From NCBI GenBank assembly GCA_964016885.1, contig OZ024742.1:243908001-243972000 (forward strand): a stretch of DNA of 64,000 bases. Reading direction: 5' to 3'. Positions 27,993 to 40,299 of the stretch are shown here, in pieces. Made by a program: the position numbers and the translations under genes. The DNA is from Eledone cirrhosa. Lineage: Eukaryota. The notes under the pieces are model-generated. The model was not told where the DNA came from. It did no database searches and saw nothing but the letters and a program-made list of their open reading frames with translations. The first letter of the stretch is position 1; every line of letters starts with the position of its first letter.

Positions 27993-28050
27993 CACACACA
28001 CACACGCACACACACACACACACACACGCACACACACACACGCCCGCACG

Positions 28051-28083
<33 letters not shown>

Positions 28084-28096
28084 GCCCGCCCGCACA

Positions 28097-28137
<41 letters not shown>

Positions 28138-28616
28138 TTTTTACAGAAACTTTTAGAATTCAAGTCCAAATATCAAAGATGGCATGCTGCTATAATAATT
28201 TACATAATAGTTTAAAGTTAAATGTGATGAAAATGTTAATTATTTAGAATTTGAATTCTGAATATGTAAGGGAACAAAATTTAATTTTCATTTAATACTA
28301 AAGAATGATATCTTTTAAATTTACTTTTTTATAAAAATTTTTTATTGCTGCTGCAATTTGTATTTTCAAGTCTTCCCTTGTTGTCTTATGAGACATTTGA
28401 ATAACATTCTATATTCCAAACATAATTCCTCATGGCCACATGTATATGTTAAATATGTTACTTTCTGTGAGATAATATACTGTATTATTTCATTAAATAC
28501 ATCTGTATTGTGTCAACTGTTGATTTGAATTGGGTTTTATTAAGAAAATTCTGTTTCATATATCTTTCATAATATTTTTTAAAAACAAATCTCATGATGT
28601 TTCAGTAGATTCCATA

Positions 28617-28687
<71 letters not shown>

Positions 28688-29909
28688 AATTTTATCTTTC
28701 TCCCCTTTGTTCCTCACATGAGCACACACTCTCTCTTTCTCATACACTCTCTGACACACACACACCTTTTCTCTCTCTCTTATACACTGTCTTACTCTCT
28801 CTCCTTCTCTCTCATACACAGACACACATCTTGTATATATGTTTGTATTCTTTTACTGGTTTTTTCCATTGTACTGTGACCAGGCTGGGCCACTGACATC
28901 AAGGTTTTAATCAATCTTATCAACCCCAGTACATATTTCAGTCAGTTTGGTATTTATTTTATCAATCTTTATTTGTTGAATCACTAAGTTATGGGACTTA
29001 GGGAGGTTTAAATATGAACAATGCCAGGTCTTAGACTGTAAACAGAAACACACACATACTCACACAGAGAGAAAATAAGCTTCTGCACAGTTCCATCTAA
29101 CAGATTCCACTTTCAAGTAAATTCAAGGCTTTAGTAGAACTCATTTGCCATGGTGTCAGACATAAGAATTGGACCCAAGACCACACAGCTTTACCTGCGC
29201 ATATGTTTCAGTGTATTTAGTAAATATGATTGCATGTGTATGTATATTAGGCAAACGTCTGTTTGTATTAGATAGATATTTGCACACACGCGTACATGTG
29301 TGTGAGGGCATATGTATGTGTGTTTGTCCGCCTGCATACATGCTTGTATGTGTGTAAGACTAAAGGTTTAATAAGCAGGTTAGATAAGACATTGCTCAAT
29401 ATGTAGAAAGGAGCAAGTATGAAATCCATATTGTGTAGACTGCAGATACACAAGATTTGTAATAGAATCACAAGTAGGCAGACAGGGAAGGTAGACATTG
29501 TATGTGACAGATGCACAGGAGTAGTCAACAGTAAGGGTACTCAAGAAATAAAATCTCTCAAAAGTTCAGAAGGCCCACAAGAACCTTTTTAGTACTAGTG
29601 CCTTGACAAAATGCACCCAGTCTATTCTGTAAGGTGGTAGTGGCAATGCTTACAAAAATATGCACCCAGTAGTCTCTGAAAAGTGGTTGATGTTGTGTTA
29701 GGAAGAACATCCAGCTGAAGAAATCATGCCAATGATGAGCAGTCATACCAAACTGGAATGTATAAGCAGTCACATCAAACTGTCTGGTCCCAGACCATGA
29801 TAGTCTGTTCAACCATGTCAGCTTGAAAACTGATTGTAAAAACAATGATGATGTGTGTATGTTTTATGTAAATTCATGTGTGCGTGTGTTGTAGAAATAT
29901 ATGCGCATG

Positions 29910-30063
<154 letters not shown>

Positions 30064-30571
30064 TTGTATTGGTGCTCCCATATAGCGTTATACACATATA
30101 TGTACGTATTGTATATTGAATAATATACTGTATGTTTATGAAAAACTTTTGAGAGCTTTTTGCTATGAATTTTTAAGGTTGTAACCAACGCCACAGACCT
30201 ATCCTCAGCAAAAGCATAGGGAAGTAATTGACAATGCGTTGTTTCTCGCTCAGTATTTATCAAGACTACATATCTCCTTGCTTTTATCTGTGATATGTAT
30301 ACTTGTTTGACTATTGCATTGTTTAATAAAGAAACAACTTTGCATTTGCTAAAGGTTTTACAAATAATTTTACAATTAGTCGACAATTTGAAGGGATTTA
30401 ATAAAATAACGAACTATGTTATTTATATATAGCTTAACAAACATATTCTTACATAACATTTGAATATGAAAAGTTTAAAACAAGGTTTGATATCATAGAA
30501 TTGGCAAGTTAATCTAGCTTTTGATAAGTGTTGTTTCTGTTGTGCTGGGTTTCTAACAGCTCTCATCACTA

Positions 30572-30702
30572 GACTAGCCTGGCGGGATGGTGACAATTTG
30601 ACCACAGACTAGCCTGGCAGGGATTGTTAGTTTACTTGCTGACAAACTGACCACAGACAAGCCTGGTGGGATTACTTGTTTGTTTGGTGACAATCTGACC
30701 AT
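30572..30702. repeat. Three-unit tandem repeat (gactagcctggcgggat..tgacaa.ctgaccaca)
   Basis: Direct inspection; units of about 35-47 bp. Confidence 0.75.
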
Positions 30703-31319
30703 GCAACAGATTGTATTGGATGGCATGTTGTCAGTAGCACTCATGACAAGTCATGTGTGTGCATGTTGAATATCCACTATTTAGAACAAAGAAACAGCCT
30801 GCTTTTGAACTTAATATGCAAGTAGCTGAGCATTCCACGGACACATGCATCCTTAATGTAGTTATCTATAAGATTTAACATGACATAGTATTTGCCAGCT
30901 GAGTGGACTGAAGCAACATGAAGTAAAGTGCCTTGCTTATAAATTGTGAGCTAAACACCTTAACCACCAAACCACCTTCCCTCACACAAACACACATAGC
31001 ATAAAAAAATGCCAACATGCAGTGTAGAATAAAAATCTGTTGCATATAGTTGTGTGTAAGCTTTTCATATACAACATTTATAATGTTCCATAAATTTTGA
31101 ATTGAGATTTTGCATGTCCAGTAGATAAGTAAAGTGAGTTGGTATAAAAATAAATCAGTTTCTTCCATGGGTAGTCAGTTTTACCTCAGAGTTAATATAT
31201 GTGTGTTTGTTCAGCATGATTAAATGCATGTTGTGTGATGATAGTCAATTGATATTTAAAAGTTAAACAAACTATGTTACTTTTATTTTCTTAAATAAGA
31301 AAGATTGAGTAATGTTTTA

Positions 31320-31840
31320 CTGAAGATCTCCCTGGCACCTTCTTTTGGCCAGGAAGGGCAGGCAATTTTCCTCTGTCTGGTGGCAGTAGCAAAAGAGGTA
31401 TGTTGGACAAGGTTGAAAGGACTGAAGACAGACACTTTTCTCTTTGGCCAATCCCTCATCAACCTTTTTCAAATTTCACTTGGAAAGGAAGGTGAGGGTG
31501 GAGAGAGAAGTGCTTCCCCGCAGTACATTTGCTGAAAGGTGGGTGAATGTGGCGAGAATGGCCCGTGTGAGTGGGCCTACTCTGATCATGCGCCTGTAGG
31601 TAGGTGAATTTGAGGAGGAGAGGGGTGCCCTTCCCGGGCGCCCTCGAAGCGTTGAGTGGTTCAGGTTTGGTGGGGTACCTGAGTCAACCATGAGTGGTTA
31701 TCCCCCCTGTTGGGGAATTTTCATTGTTGTATTTTTCTTGTTTAGTGTTATTGTTTTCCTATTTTTTTTTACTCGATTTTTGTGTAAAATCCCCACTGTC
31801 CCCTATATGTCGGCCTTTGTGGCCAATAAATGAAACCATT
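31320..31840 (+). mobile_element. 3' end of an L1/Tx1-type LINE (ORF2 C-terminus and 3' UTR)
   Basis: With one frameshift reads IFLCLVAVAKEVCWTRLKGLKTD..FKFHLERKVRVEREV..FAERWVNVARM*; U-rich 3' UTR ending at AATAAA. Confidence 0.6.
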
Positions 31841-31850
31841 ATTATTTTGT

Positions 31851-32258
31851 CAGTGGATTGGCAGTATCGGTAGAGGGTTGAATGCCATGCTTTGTAGCAT
31901 AGAGTTACGGCCCTTTCTTATCTGAGTTCAAATCCCGCCGAGGTTAACCTTGCCTTTCATCCTTATGGGGTCGATAAAATAAAGTACCAGTCACGCACTG
32001 GAGTCGATTTAATCGACTTTCCCCTCCCCCAAAATTGCTGGCCTTGTGCCTATATAAGAAACAATTATTATTGGGAGTATCGGTAGAGGGTCGGACGCCA
32101 TGCTTTCCAGCATAGTTACGTCCCTTTATGATCTGAGTTCAAATCCCGCCGAGGTTGACTTTGCCTTTCATCCTTACGGGGTCGATAAAATAAAGTACCA
32201 GTAATGCACTGGGTGATTGCTGGCCTTGTGCCTAAAGTAGAAACAATTATTATTATTA
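31851..32258 (+). mobile_element. Tandem pair of SINE family B (31851-32072 long variant, 32076-32258 short variant)
   Basis: Shared gagttcaaatcccgccgagg..ttgcctttcatcctta.ggggtcgataaaataaagtaccag..ctggccttgtgcc..gaaacaattatt; central block resembles Meta/MESC-type SINE domains (from recall). Confidence 0.9.
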
Positions 32259-32361
32259 TCCCATACTTTAAAATAATAGTGTATTATTGAAAAGTGATAA
32301 CGACCTCTTGAAATGATTACACATAATCTTATTCATAAGGTATTTGTGACACAGCACATGT

Positions 32362-32693
32362 ATGGCTTAGTGGTTAGAGCATTGGCCTTGCAATCGGAAG
32401 GTTGTGAGTTCAATTCTCAGACCGGGTGATGTGTTGTTTCCTTGAGCAAGACACTTTCTTTCACATTGCTCCAGTTTACTCAGCTGTAGAAATGAGATGA
32501 TAGGGACTGGGGTCCCTATCATTCCACTACAAAGTGGTCGTGGAGGTGCCACGGCAAAAAAGCACCCAGCACTCACTGTAAATGGGGTTGGTGTTAGGAA
32601 GGGCATCCAGCTGTAGAAATCAAGCCAGAATCAGTTCCCGTCCCACCCTTGCAAGCAGGGAAAAAGCGGACGTAAAATGATGATGATGATGAT
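32362..32693 (+). mobile_element. SINE family A
   Basis: Near identical to 23689-24030. Confidence 0.9.
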
Positions 32694-34057
32694 CTGTGTA
32701 CAAGCACATAAGCCAATTAAGAACCTAGAAATTCTAGTTATTTGAATACGATAGTAAGCCTCCAAAATATATATGTGAGTATGCATATGTGTGTTTGAGA
32801 TGACAGATTTATCATTGTCTATGCAAGCGCAATCTAATGAAATTATTTTATTTGAAAATTACCTAGAGAAATGCTTATATTGTGACATGCTTGCTTGCTT
32901 TTTAAAATTTTTTTATTTTTTATATAGAACGTTTTAGAATATTTGTGCAGGTGAATTGAAGATTTGAACTGAATTATTAATATGTATCAACTGACATGTC
33001 TGAGAATTCTGAATTTATATTTTTGTCTAAAAAGTAATAGAGATTTGCTAAAATTATCAATATAACAGTGAAATTTAAAAGACATATTTTATGTACTATG
33101 ATTTGTGATTCAGGCTGCTTATGTAGCTGCAAGCATGAGCTGTTGACAGTATATACAATAAGTGTCCAAAGAAGATGAGGGTGAAGTGAGTTATAGTGCG
33201 TTTGTTATAAATGTAAGATAACAAGTGCAGCAGAAAATGACTGAGGTTAGACTGATGGGGTGGGGGTCAACGACAGCTTTGTTATCACTTACTGTTATGG
33301 AGTGACTAACTAGCAAGCTTCTAATCCAATCTATTAGTATTTGATGGTGCTTAAAAATGGTCTGCTTCATGAAGAGATTTTAAAATTAGACAAGGTCAAA
33401 ACTATGTTCATCTCAGGACAGGAATAACAGCTTTAATTTTGCCAACCATGATTGTGTTGTGGCAGCTCTTTCTAAACTAAAAAAAAAACAGATTCATGAA
33501 TCAGACTCAAGTTCTATGTTGTAAAGTTACAACTTCAGCCAAAATACCAGACATTTGCCTTAAAATATTGGTCATTTGGAAAGAAAATTTGCATAAGAAA
33601 TTCATATGCACTTAAATTTTGTAATTCTGAAAAATAAATCTCAAAGAATTATGATTGAAAAACATAATATAGTGGTTCATGTAATCCTCAATATTTGTTT
33701 GACTATACTCAGTAATTGACCTCTTACAGGGAAGAGTATAACTGATCGCATTGGTCCTTGTACTTCATTGAGACTTTGTTTTATTAACCTTGGAAGTATG
33801 AAAAGCAAAGCTGATTTCAGTGAGATTTGAACTCAGAATATATAGAGACAAATTAAATACCAGAACTCATTTTCTCCTGTGCTCAACCAATTCTGCCAGT
33901 CTGCTGCACTGAAATCATACTTAGTAACTGAAATATTAAGCGTTAATTTTTGTACTAGCTACTTGTGCAGTAGTATTGATATTTAAACTACAATAAGAAA
34001 ATGTAAACTAAAGAATAAAATTGCAAGCTCAGTCTTTTCATGCAGACTCTGTCTGTT

Positions 34058-34149
<92 letters not shown>

Positions 34150-35431
34150 CACTCTCTCCCCCCCTCTCTTTCTGTCCTCCTCCCTCATACCCTATCTCTC
34201 TTTCTCTCTGTCTCTCATTTAATTAAGTCAAAAGCAAAGTGAGTTCTATAATTTGCTATAACATCTTTCGTTTTCATCTCTGTAATTATTCATACTGAAT
34301 AATCTTATTCCTTAGATTATTTCATTACTTGTACATTTACATTTCCTAATCTCTCTTTTTAGTACTGCTATTTCTTATTTACCATGTTCTTGCTATCTGA
34401 CACATTCCCCACACTCTTCCTTAAAAATGTTTCTCCGGGTTTTGGCAAGTGGCCATATGTAGCATGGCTTCTGTCTGCATAGCTGATCGACATTGACTCT
34501 TCAGGCTTACTTCTTTTTACATATGCCTTTCAAATTACTACTACTTCATACAATATTAACTTTATTTTTACTTGGCAGAGTTATTGACTTTTCCTGCATA
34601 ATAGTGAAAATATACTGAAATTATGTCTATATATTTTTGTGTAACACTAATGTGCATGTCTGTGAGTATACATGTAATAGATTCTGGTCAACAAGTAATT
34701 TTTACTGCTTCTCTACATATCTTAAAAGAATCACCTTAGAATTAATTCTCAGCCCCTTATGATGTTGAAAAGAAACATCATTTAAAACAAATTTGCATGA
34801 TGTTACTACTGTTCTTAATTCCCCCCTTCTCTCTCCTCCACTCTGTTTTGAAAAGAAATTAATAAAACAATTCTTCTCGAAATATTCCAAAGTAGAGTGT
34901 GATGCCAGCAACAACATAACCTAACAGAAAAGGTAGATAGATAGAGATATTGTGTTGAATGTGTGTGAGAGAGACAGAGAGAGAACAATTTACTATTCTA
35001 CACTTGTAAAGCAATAGATTAATCTATTAGTTGCTTATGAGACCTGACTATGCATTTACTCTAAGAACAAACTGAATTTGATGTTGCTTAAATCCAATGG
35101 TAATATCTTTTAGTGATAAAGCAATAAAATATTAAATATAGATCTTTGAATACAAAATTATATACGACATTGGCTTTATGATAAAAGGTTCTAGATTATT
35201 AACTTGAAATTATCTCAATAAAGAAACCTTTTGAGCTCAATAATAAAAATTGATAATAGGGTTTTCTGTTTATTGGTTCATGTTTTCCTCATCTCTTTGC
35301 TTATAAATTGTTGAATTTATAGATATTGACCATGTGTTGTTTGATTAAAAATTACATATGACAATTTAAGACATTTACAAAACCTATATATAAGAAGGTA
35401 TTATCTTCATTACCTCAATATCTCATAGTGA

Positions 35432-35487
35432 GTAAGCATCTACTGAAGATGGATACAAATTCTGAAATACATGTATAGCGCTCTTAC
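35432..35487 (+). ncRNA. Hammerhead ribozyme motif, partly decayed, of the Penelope-associated type
   Basis: gtaag..CUA CUGAAGA U GGA uacaaau UCU GAAA uacau GUA UAG..cttac; stem I CUA/UAG plus GUAAG/CUUAC. Confidence 0.45.
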
Positions 35488-37849
35488 ACAAATACTGTAG
35501 TAGCTGCGATATGACTATAGCGTAAAACACTCACACAGAGACTATGTGTATGGTTATTATACATAAATATATTATATAATGGATTCATATACACTTTTAT
35601 TTTGTACCACAATGTTTTGGTGTTATTTCTAATTTCATCCACCATATAGGTTGTTTGATTTGGAGCCTTGATACGTGATCTGGTCGATCTTGATAATTCA
35701 ATCGATCGAATCAATCAACAAAATCCCAGACCTCATTCGTTTACCGAGTGGGGTGGAACTTGTCAAATCAGACAAAGGAAACAATGTTTTCATTTATCTT
35801 TACACTGCTGATACTATCTACCAGTCGCAACTCCTTGCAGAAGGGGCAACATGAAACAAAATATTTTGCTCCAGGGCATAATGCATTGTCTGGTCCAGGA
35901 ATCAAACTCACAACCTCACAATTACAAATCCAATTCCCTAACCACTAAGCCACATGCCTTGATAATTTCCCTCCCACTAAGTAATTCACTATTACGCTTC
36001 CTGTTTTGCAGCTGATAAACCCCATTACAGTGCAATGGCTAATTTCTCAGTGCTCATATAAAATATTAATTGTAAATGAACCAAAGGAGTACCTTAAAAG
36101 CTTATGCTTACTCCAATTTAATGGCATAGAATAAATGAGAAATAATCTCCACATGGATTGCTTTCCAGTCTACTGTAGGTAGTATTTATTCTTAGATAAC
36201 TCGATATCTATTTAAGGTCATGTAGAATACAGTCTTCTCCTTTTGTCGGTGCCAGAATGTCTTTGATCAAAGGTCTGCTGAATCAGGGCTAACTTAAGGC
36301 TAAACTACAACAATTTTCAACTTTACAGTTTACCAGTTTCTACTAAGCTGCTGTCAGTTTCTATAAAACGAAAAGAGTATTAATGTAGTTAAGATGTTAG
36401 AGCAGAAATGAAGGGATGTATATTATGTATAAGAAGAGAGGTGGAGAAGTGCACTATCTAGATTCATCACAAGAATTATCTCAATATTAACATCACAGTG
36501 CCATACATTAACTTTGTGCTCCAAGACATTTGTTTATTTTTTTCTTGTTTTTCTGAGCTACTCTAGATACATTCACCACAAAAACATAAGTTGTTCTGGG
36601 CAGGAAACATTTCTGGCATTGAGAGTTGAGTGTAGTTTTACTGTTTGCAGAGGAGCAAATGGAGAGCATAATTGAATTAACTAGAATATTCAATTACATA
36701 ATTAAATAGAGACTAGTTAGTAATAGGCAGTTTAACATCATTTGTAATCTCTACTTATGTGCCAGAAATGGGATTAATGGATGAGGAAAAGGACCAGTTC
36801 TATGAGAACTATGTTTAAGTTATCTCAAAACAGATAAGATGGGCATTGTCTTCATAACTGGGAACTTTAATGATTATGCCAGAAAGCATTAGGATGGCTA
36901 CATCATATTGTAAGAATAACATGAAATAAAAGAAGAAACAAGGCTCCTGAAATTCTGTGATATAAATCACCTTACCATCTGCAACATAGTCAAATCTCTG
37001 CCTTGTAGGGATTTTACCAGTCAATATAGTTTGCGAGTTAGCAAGTTCCAGAAAACTAGATAGCCAAAACTGTGCCTGGTAAAATAATTTGTCAGTCAAT
37101 ATAAATTATAGGTTAGCAAGTTCCAGTTGGAAATGAAAGAGATCAAGAGACAAACTTCAGCTTGAAAAATCCTGTGTAAGTTGAAAGATCCCTATTAGCT
37201 ATAACTTCTTGTCATTAGTGAAGGGGATGTCTATTATATATAGAAAATATGGAGAACTGTATCTTTAAACCTTTTGATACCAAACTGCCTGAAATTGCTC
37301 CACACCCACCCCGGTTATAATACAAAAGTGTTTTAAAGTGTTTATATTTATCTGTACAACCTTCCATCATAATTCTATGCTCCCAAAACAACAGCTTAAC
37401 AATGAAAAAGTTATTTACATTACTAAATACTCCAAAAGTTTTCATAATTTTCAAAATTATTTGAAAATATAAGCAGTCTTTCATTAGAAATATGGTAGCA
37501 AAGGGACAGTTTTTTTGTGTGAACAACCTTCTACAACACTATTCTAACATAAAGTTCGAACAGTGCTATAGATAAGGTTGTAAGAGGGACGACCCAGAAT
37601 TGGGAGTAACAAGAAGTAATGTTAGGTTAGGAAACAATGACAGTGTTGTACAACTAGGTGGGATAGACACTCAGCTTTCTGATGTTTTTCATTATGAAGC
37701 TGAGATACATAAGGCATTTTGTGTCACACAAACATTGAATCTCTATTGATCACAAAGTCATTGAAAAGAAATGTGTTCAGAATGGTACAGGTATGCATAT
37801 TGTAGGTGACAGTGAACAGAAAGAATCCTGGAATTATCACTATGAAAAG

Positions 37850-38035
37850 TTTGCACTCAGGCCCATAGCAGTGGAGACTTCTGGTGTTCTTGGCCCCAGG
37901 GCCACCTCCTTCCTCACCACCATCGGCTCAGAGCTGGCTACCTGCTGGAGTGAGCCTCGCAAGCTCGATTGGCTCTTCCAGCACATCTCCCTCACCATTC
38001 TCCGGGGAATTCTCTATTCTTCTCTCCACCAGGGT
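37850..38035 (+). mobile_element. C-terminal restriction-like endonuclease fragment of a CRE-type non-LTR retrotransposon
   Basis: LRPIAVETSGVLGPRATSFLTTIGSELA..EPRKLDWLFQHISLTILRG matches the P.A.ET.G.WG..A..FL..QR.S.A.QRGNA pattern. Confidence 0.65.
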
Positions 38036-38861
38036 GACTAGCAGCTAGGCCCCCATTTGCTCATAATAATGAGAGATGGGGAGATACAAAGGCGGTGACA
38101 GCGGGAGTTTGGATCCCCTGTATTTGGACTTGGTGTAAATGTGTGTGTGACTGATTTAATTGTAACTTTTTCCCTTTTACTTCCAGTGAAGGATGAGAGG
38201 TGGTTGAATGAGAAATAAGAGTGAACTTGTGAAAACTTACTCTTAGTTGAAATAGCTGAATAATCAACTGTAGAATTAGTGGGGCTGATAATTTAGGTGA
38301 AGAAGGTAGGGAAACCACAAATATAGATATAGCAGAGGTAGTTGCTAAGATGCTGCAAGTGCCAGAGTTATGTTGGAAGTACACTAGTTACTTGTTGAAT
38401 TAGTCAGGCTGTGTGTAGTGTTAGTGTTGGTGGTGGGTGTTGATGCTGTAGTATTATTGTCAATGTGATGCACTTGAGAGGGGAAATTATCAAGGCTTCA
38501 AACTGATGGATAATGTTTTGAAAGTGTTTGGGAGAGTTATAAAGTTTATATAAAACTCTAAGGTTGGATAAACTGTATGTAGCATTTGTAAAAAGTATGA
38601 TATCACAAAGGTACTGAGTTCAGAACATCTGTTGAGACAGGACAGTGGTTAGTTATGAATGATCTGTTCAATAAATTTTGTCAACTAGCATGAAAGTATA
38701 GTAACAAAGAGCTAAGAAAGCAGCCAGACTGCATATGTATGCAAGTGAGACAGCTATTCTTGTATGGGCATGTAATGTGAATGGACAATACCATTTGGGT
38801 GAATAATGAAGGGTGACTGTTTCTGGGGTATGTAAGTAAAGTGTTTGTGTATGCATTACAA

Positions 38862-39034
38862 CAAAAAGCAACCAACACTCACTGTAAATAAGGTTGGCGA
38901 TAGGAAGGTCATCCAGCTGCAGAAACCAAGCCAAAATCGGTCACCTGACCTGGCATTGCTCACAACAGGATAACTTGTCTAACCCATGCTAGCATGTAGA
39001 AATGAACGTTAAACAGAAATGATGATGATGATGA
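38862..39034 (+). mobile_element. RTE/SINE A tail fragment (similar ones at about 14875-15030, 27405-27700, 29600-29851, 42260-42516, 51076-51253, 56438-56570)
   Basis: cactgtaaa..ggttggcgataggaagg.catccagctg..aacccatgctagcatg..(GAT)n. Confidence 0.75.
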
Positions 39035-39540
39035 TACACTCTCATACACACTATGACAATGATATAATGTATATCCTGTGTTGGAGGCTGGGAAGTGTAT
39101 CTATATTTGGGTCACTCACCCAAAATGTCTCCCAGGGATGTCATTAGATTTGTCCAAACCTCTCCTCCTTCTGATGTTCATCTACCCACTTTTTTATTCA
39201 CTGCATCATGTCATCCATGGTCCATGTAACAAGGGACACTGGATCTGTCCTGTTTATAATCCTGCCATCAACATTATCATTTTATTCCTGTTGATCATCA
39301 TCATGGTAGTTAGATATTAGGGATCACACCAGATCTATTTATACCACCACCCTCTCTTGTTGACAGCCATTGTTACCCCCTCTCCAACCACTTTTTAATG
39401 GCACCCATCATTCTCTCCTACCAAACACCCTCTTAATAATGAGTAAGCTTGCTTATTACTAAATTTCTCCAAATTCAAGAATATTCACAAAATGATTTGA
39501 AATCATAGGCAGTGTCTTTTATTAGAAATATAGTAAGAAA

Positions 39541-39760
39541 GGTGCGTGGCTGAGTGGTAAGAGAATTTGATTCGCAATTGTGATGTTGTGAGTTTGATTA
39601 CTGGACCGGGTGATGCATTATGTCCTTGAGCAAGACACTTTATTTCACGTTGGTCCTTCTACCAGGAGTTGCGACCGATAGAGAGTATTATTAATAATTG
39701 GAAAGACCAATGGAAACATTGTTTCCTCGGTCCGATTTGACGAAAGTCGATCGACTGTTG
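39541..39760 (+). mobile_element. CORE-type SINE with a different 3' tail, inserted in a MITE, 11-bp TSD
   Basis: tRNA head and ccttgagcaagacactttatttcac; TSD atagtaagaaa at 39530-39540 and 39761-39771. Confidence 0.8.
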
Positions 39761-40112
39761 ATAGTAAGAAAAAGGTTAAAATTGTAACTTGTATTTTGAG
39801 TTAAATTTAGGTGGAGGTGGGGTTCTAGTATGTTAGCAGCAGCCACATAGAAGCATCCCCAAATAATCAAACTTGGCTCAATGAAAAGTTATGTCAACTT
39901 CAGTATTTCACAAACAATACAACTTGCCAAAAGTTATACTATTTAGCTTTTTTTGTACAGACCAAGTCAGTAAGTATCAAAGCTACTGAGCTCTTTGGTA
40001 TGGTTTCTAAAGCTGGTGGCCCTCTCTCATGCCACTGTGACAAAAGGTAGCTTGCTGCTATCCTCCAACTTATCTCATGCCAGTGTGACCATGTGATGAT
40101 ACCATTTTGATC

Positions 40113-40299
40113 TGGATTGGCAGTATCGGTAGAGGGTCGGACGCCATGCTTTGACGCATAGAGTTACGGCCCTTGCCATTCTGAGTTCAAATCCCGCTGA
40201 GGTTAACTTTGCCTTTCATCCTTACGGGGTCGATAAAATAAAGTACCAGTAATGCGCTGGGTAATTGCTGGCCTTGTGCCAAAAAGTAGAAACAATTAT
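40113..40299 (+). mobile_element. SINE family B
   Basis: Matches 48903-49095; possible TSD tgatct. Confidence 0.9.

Noticed and set aside
30572-30702. Repeat and variable-spacer pattern resembling a CRISPR array (also 48190-49110)
   Set aside because: Eukaryotic context, no cas genes, only three degenerate units, and spacers are irregular and low-complexity.
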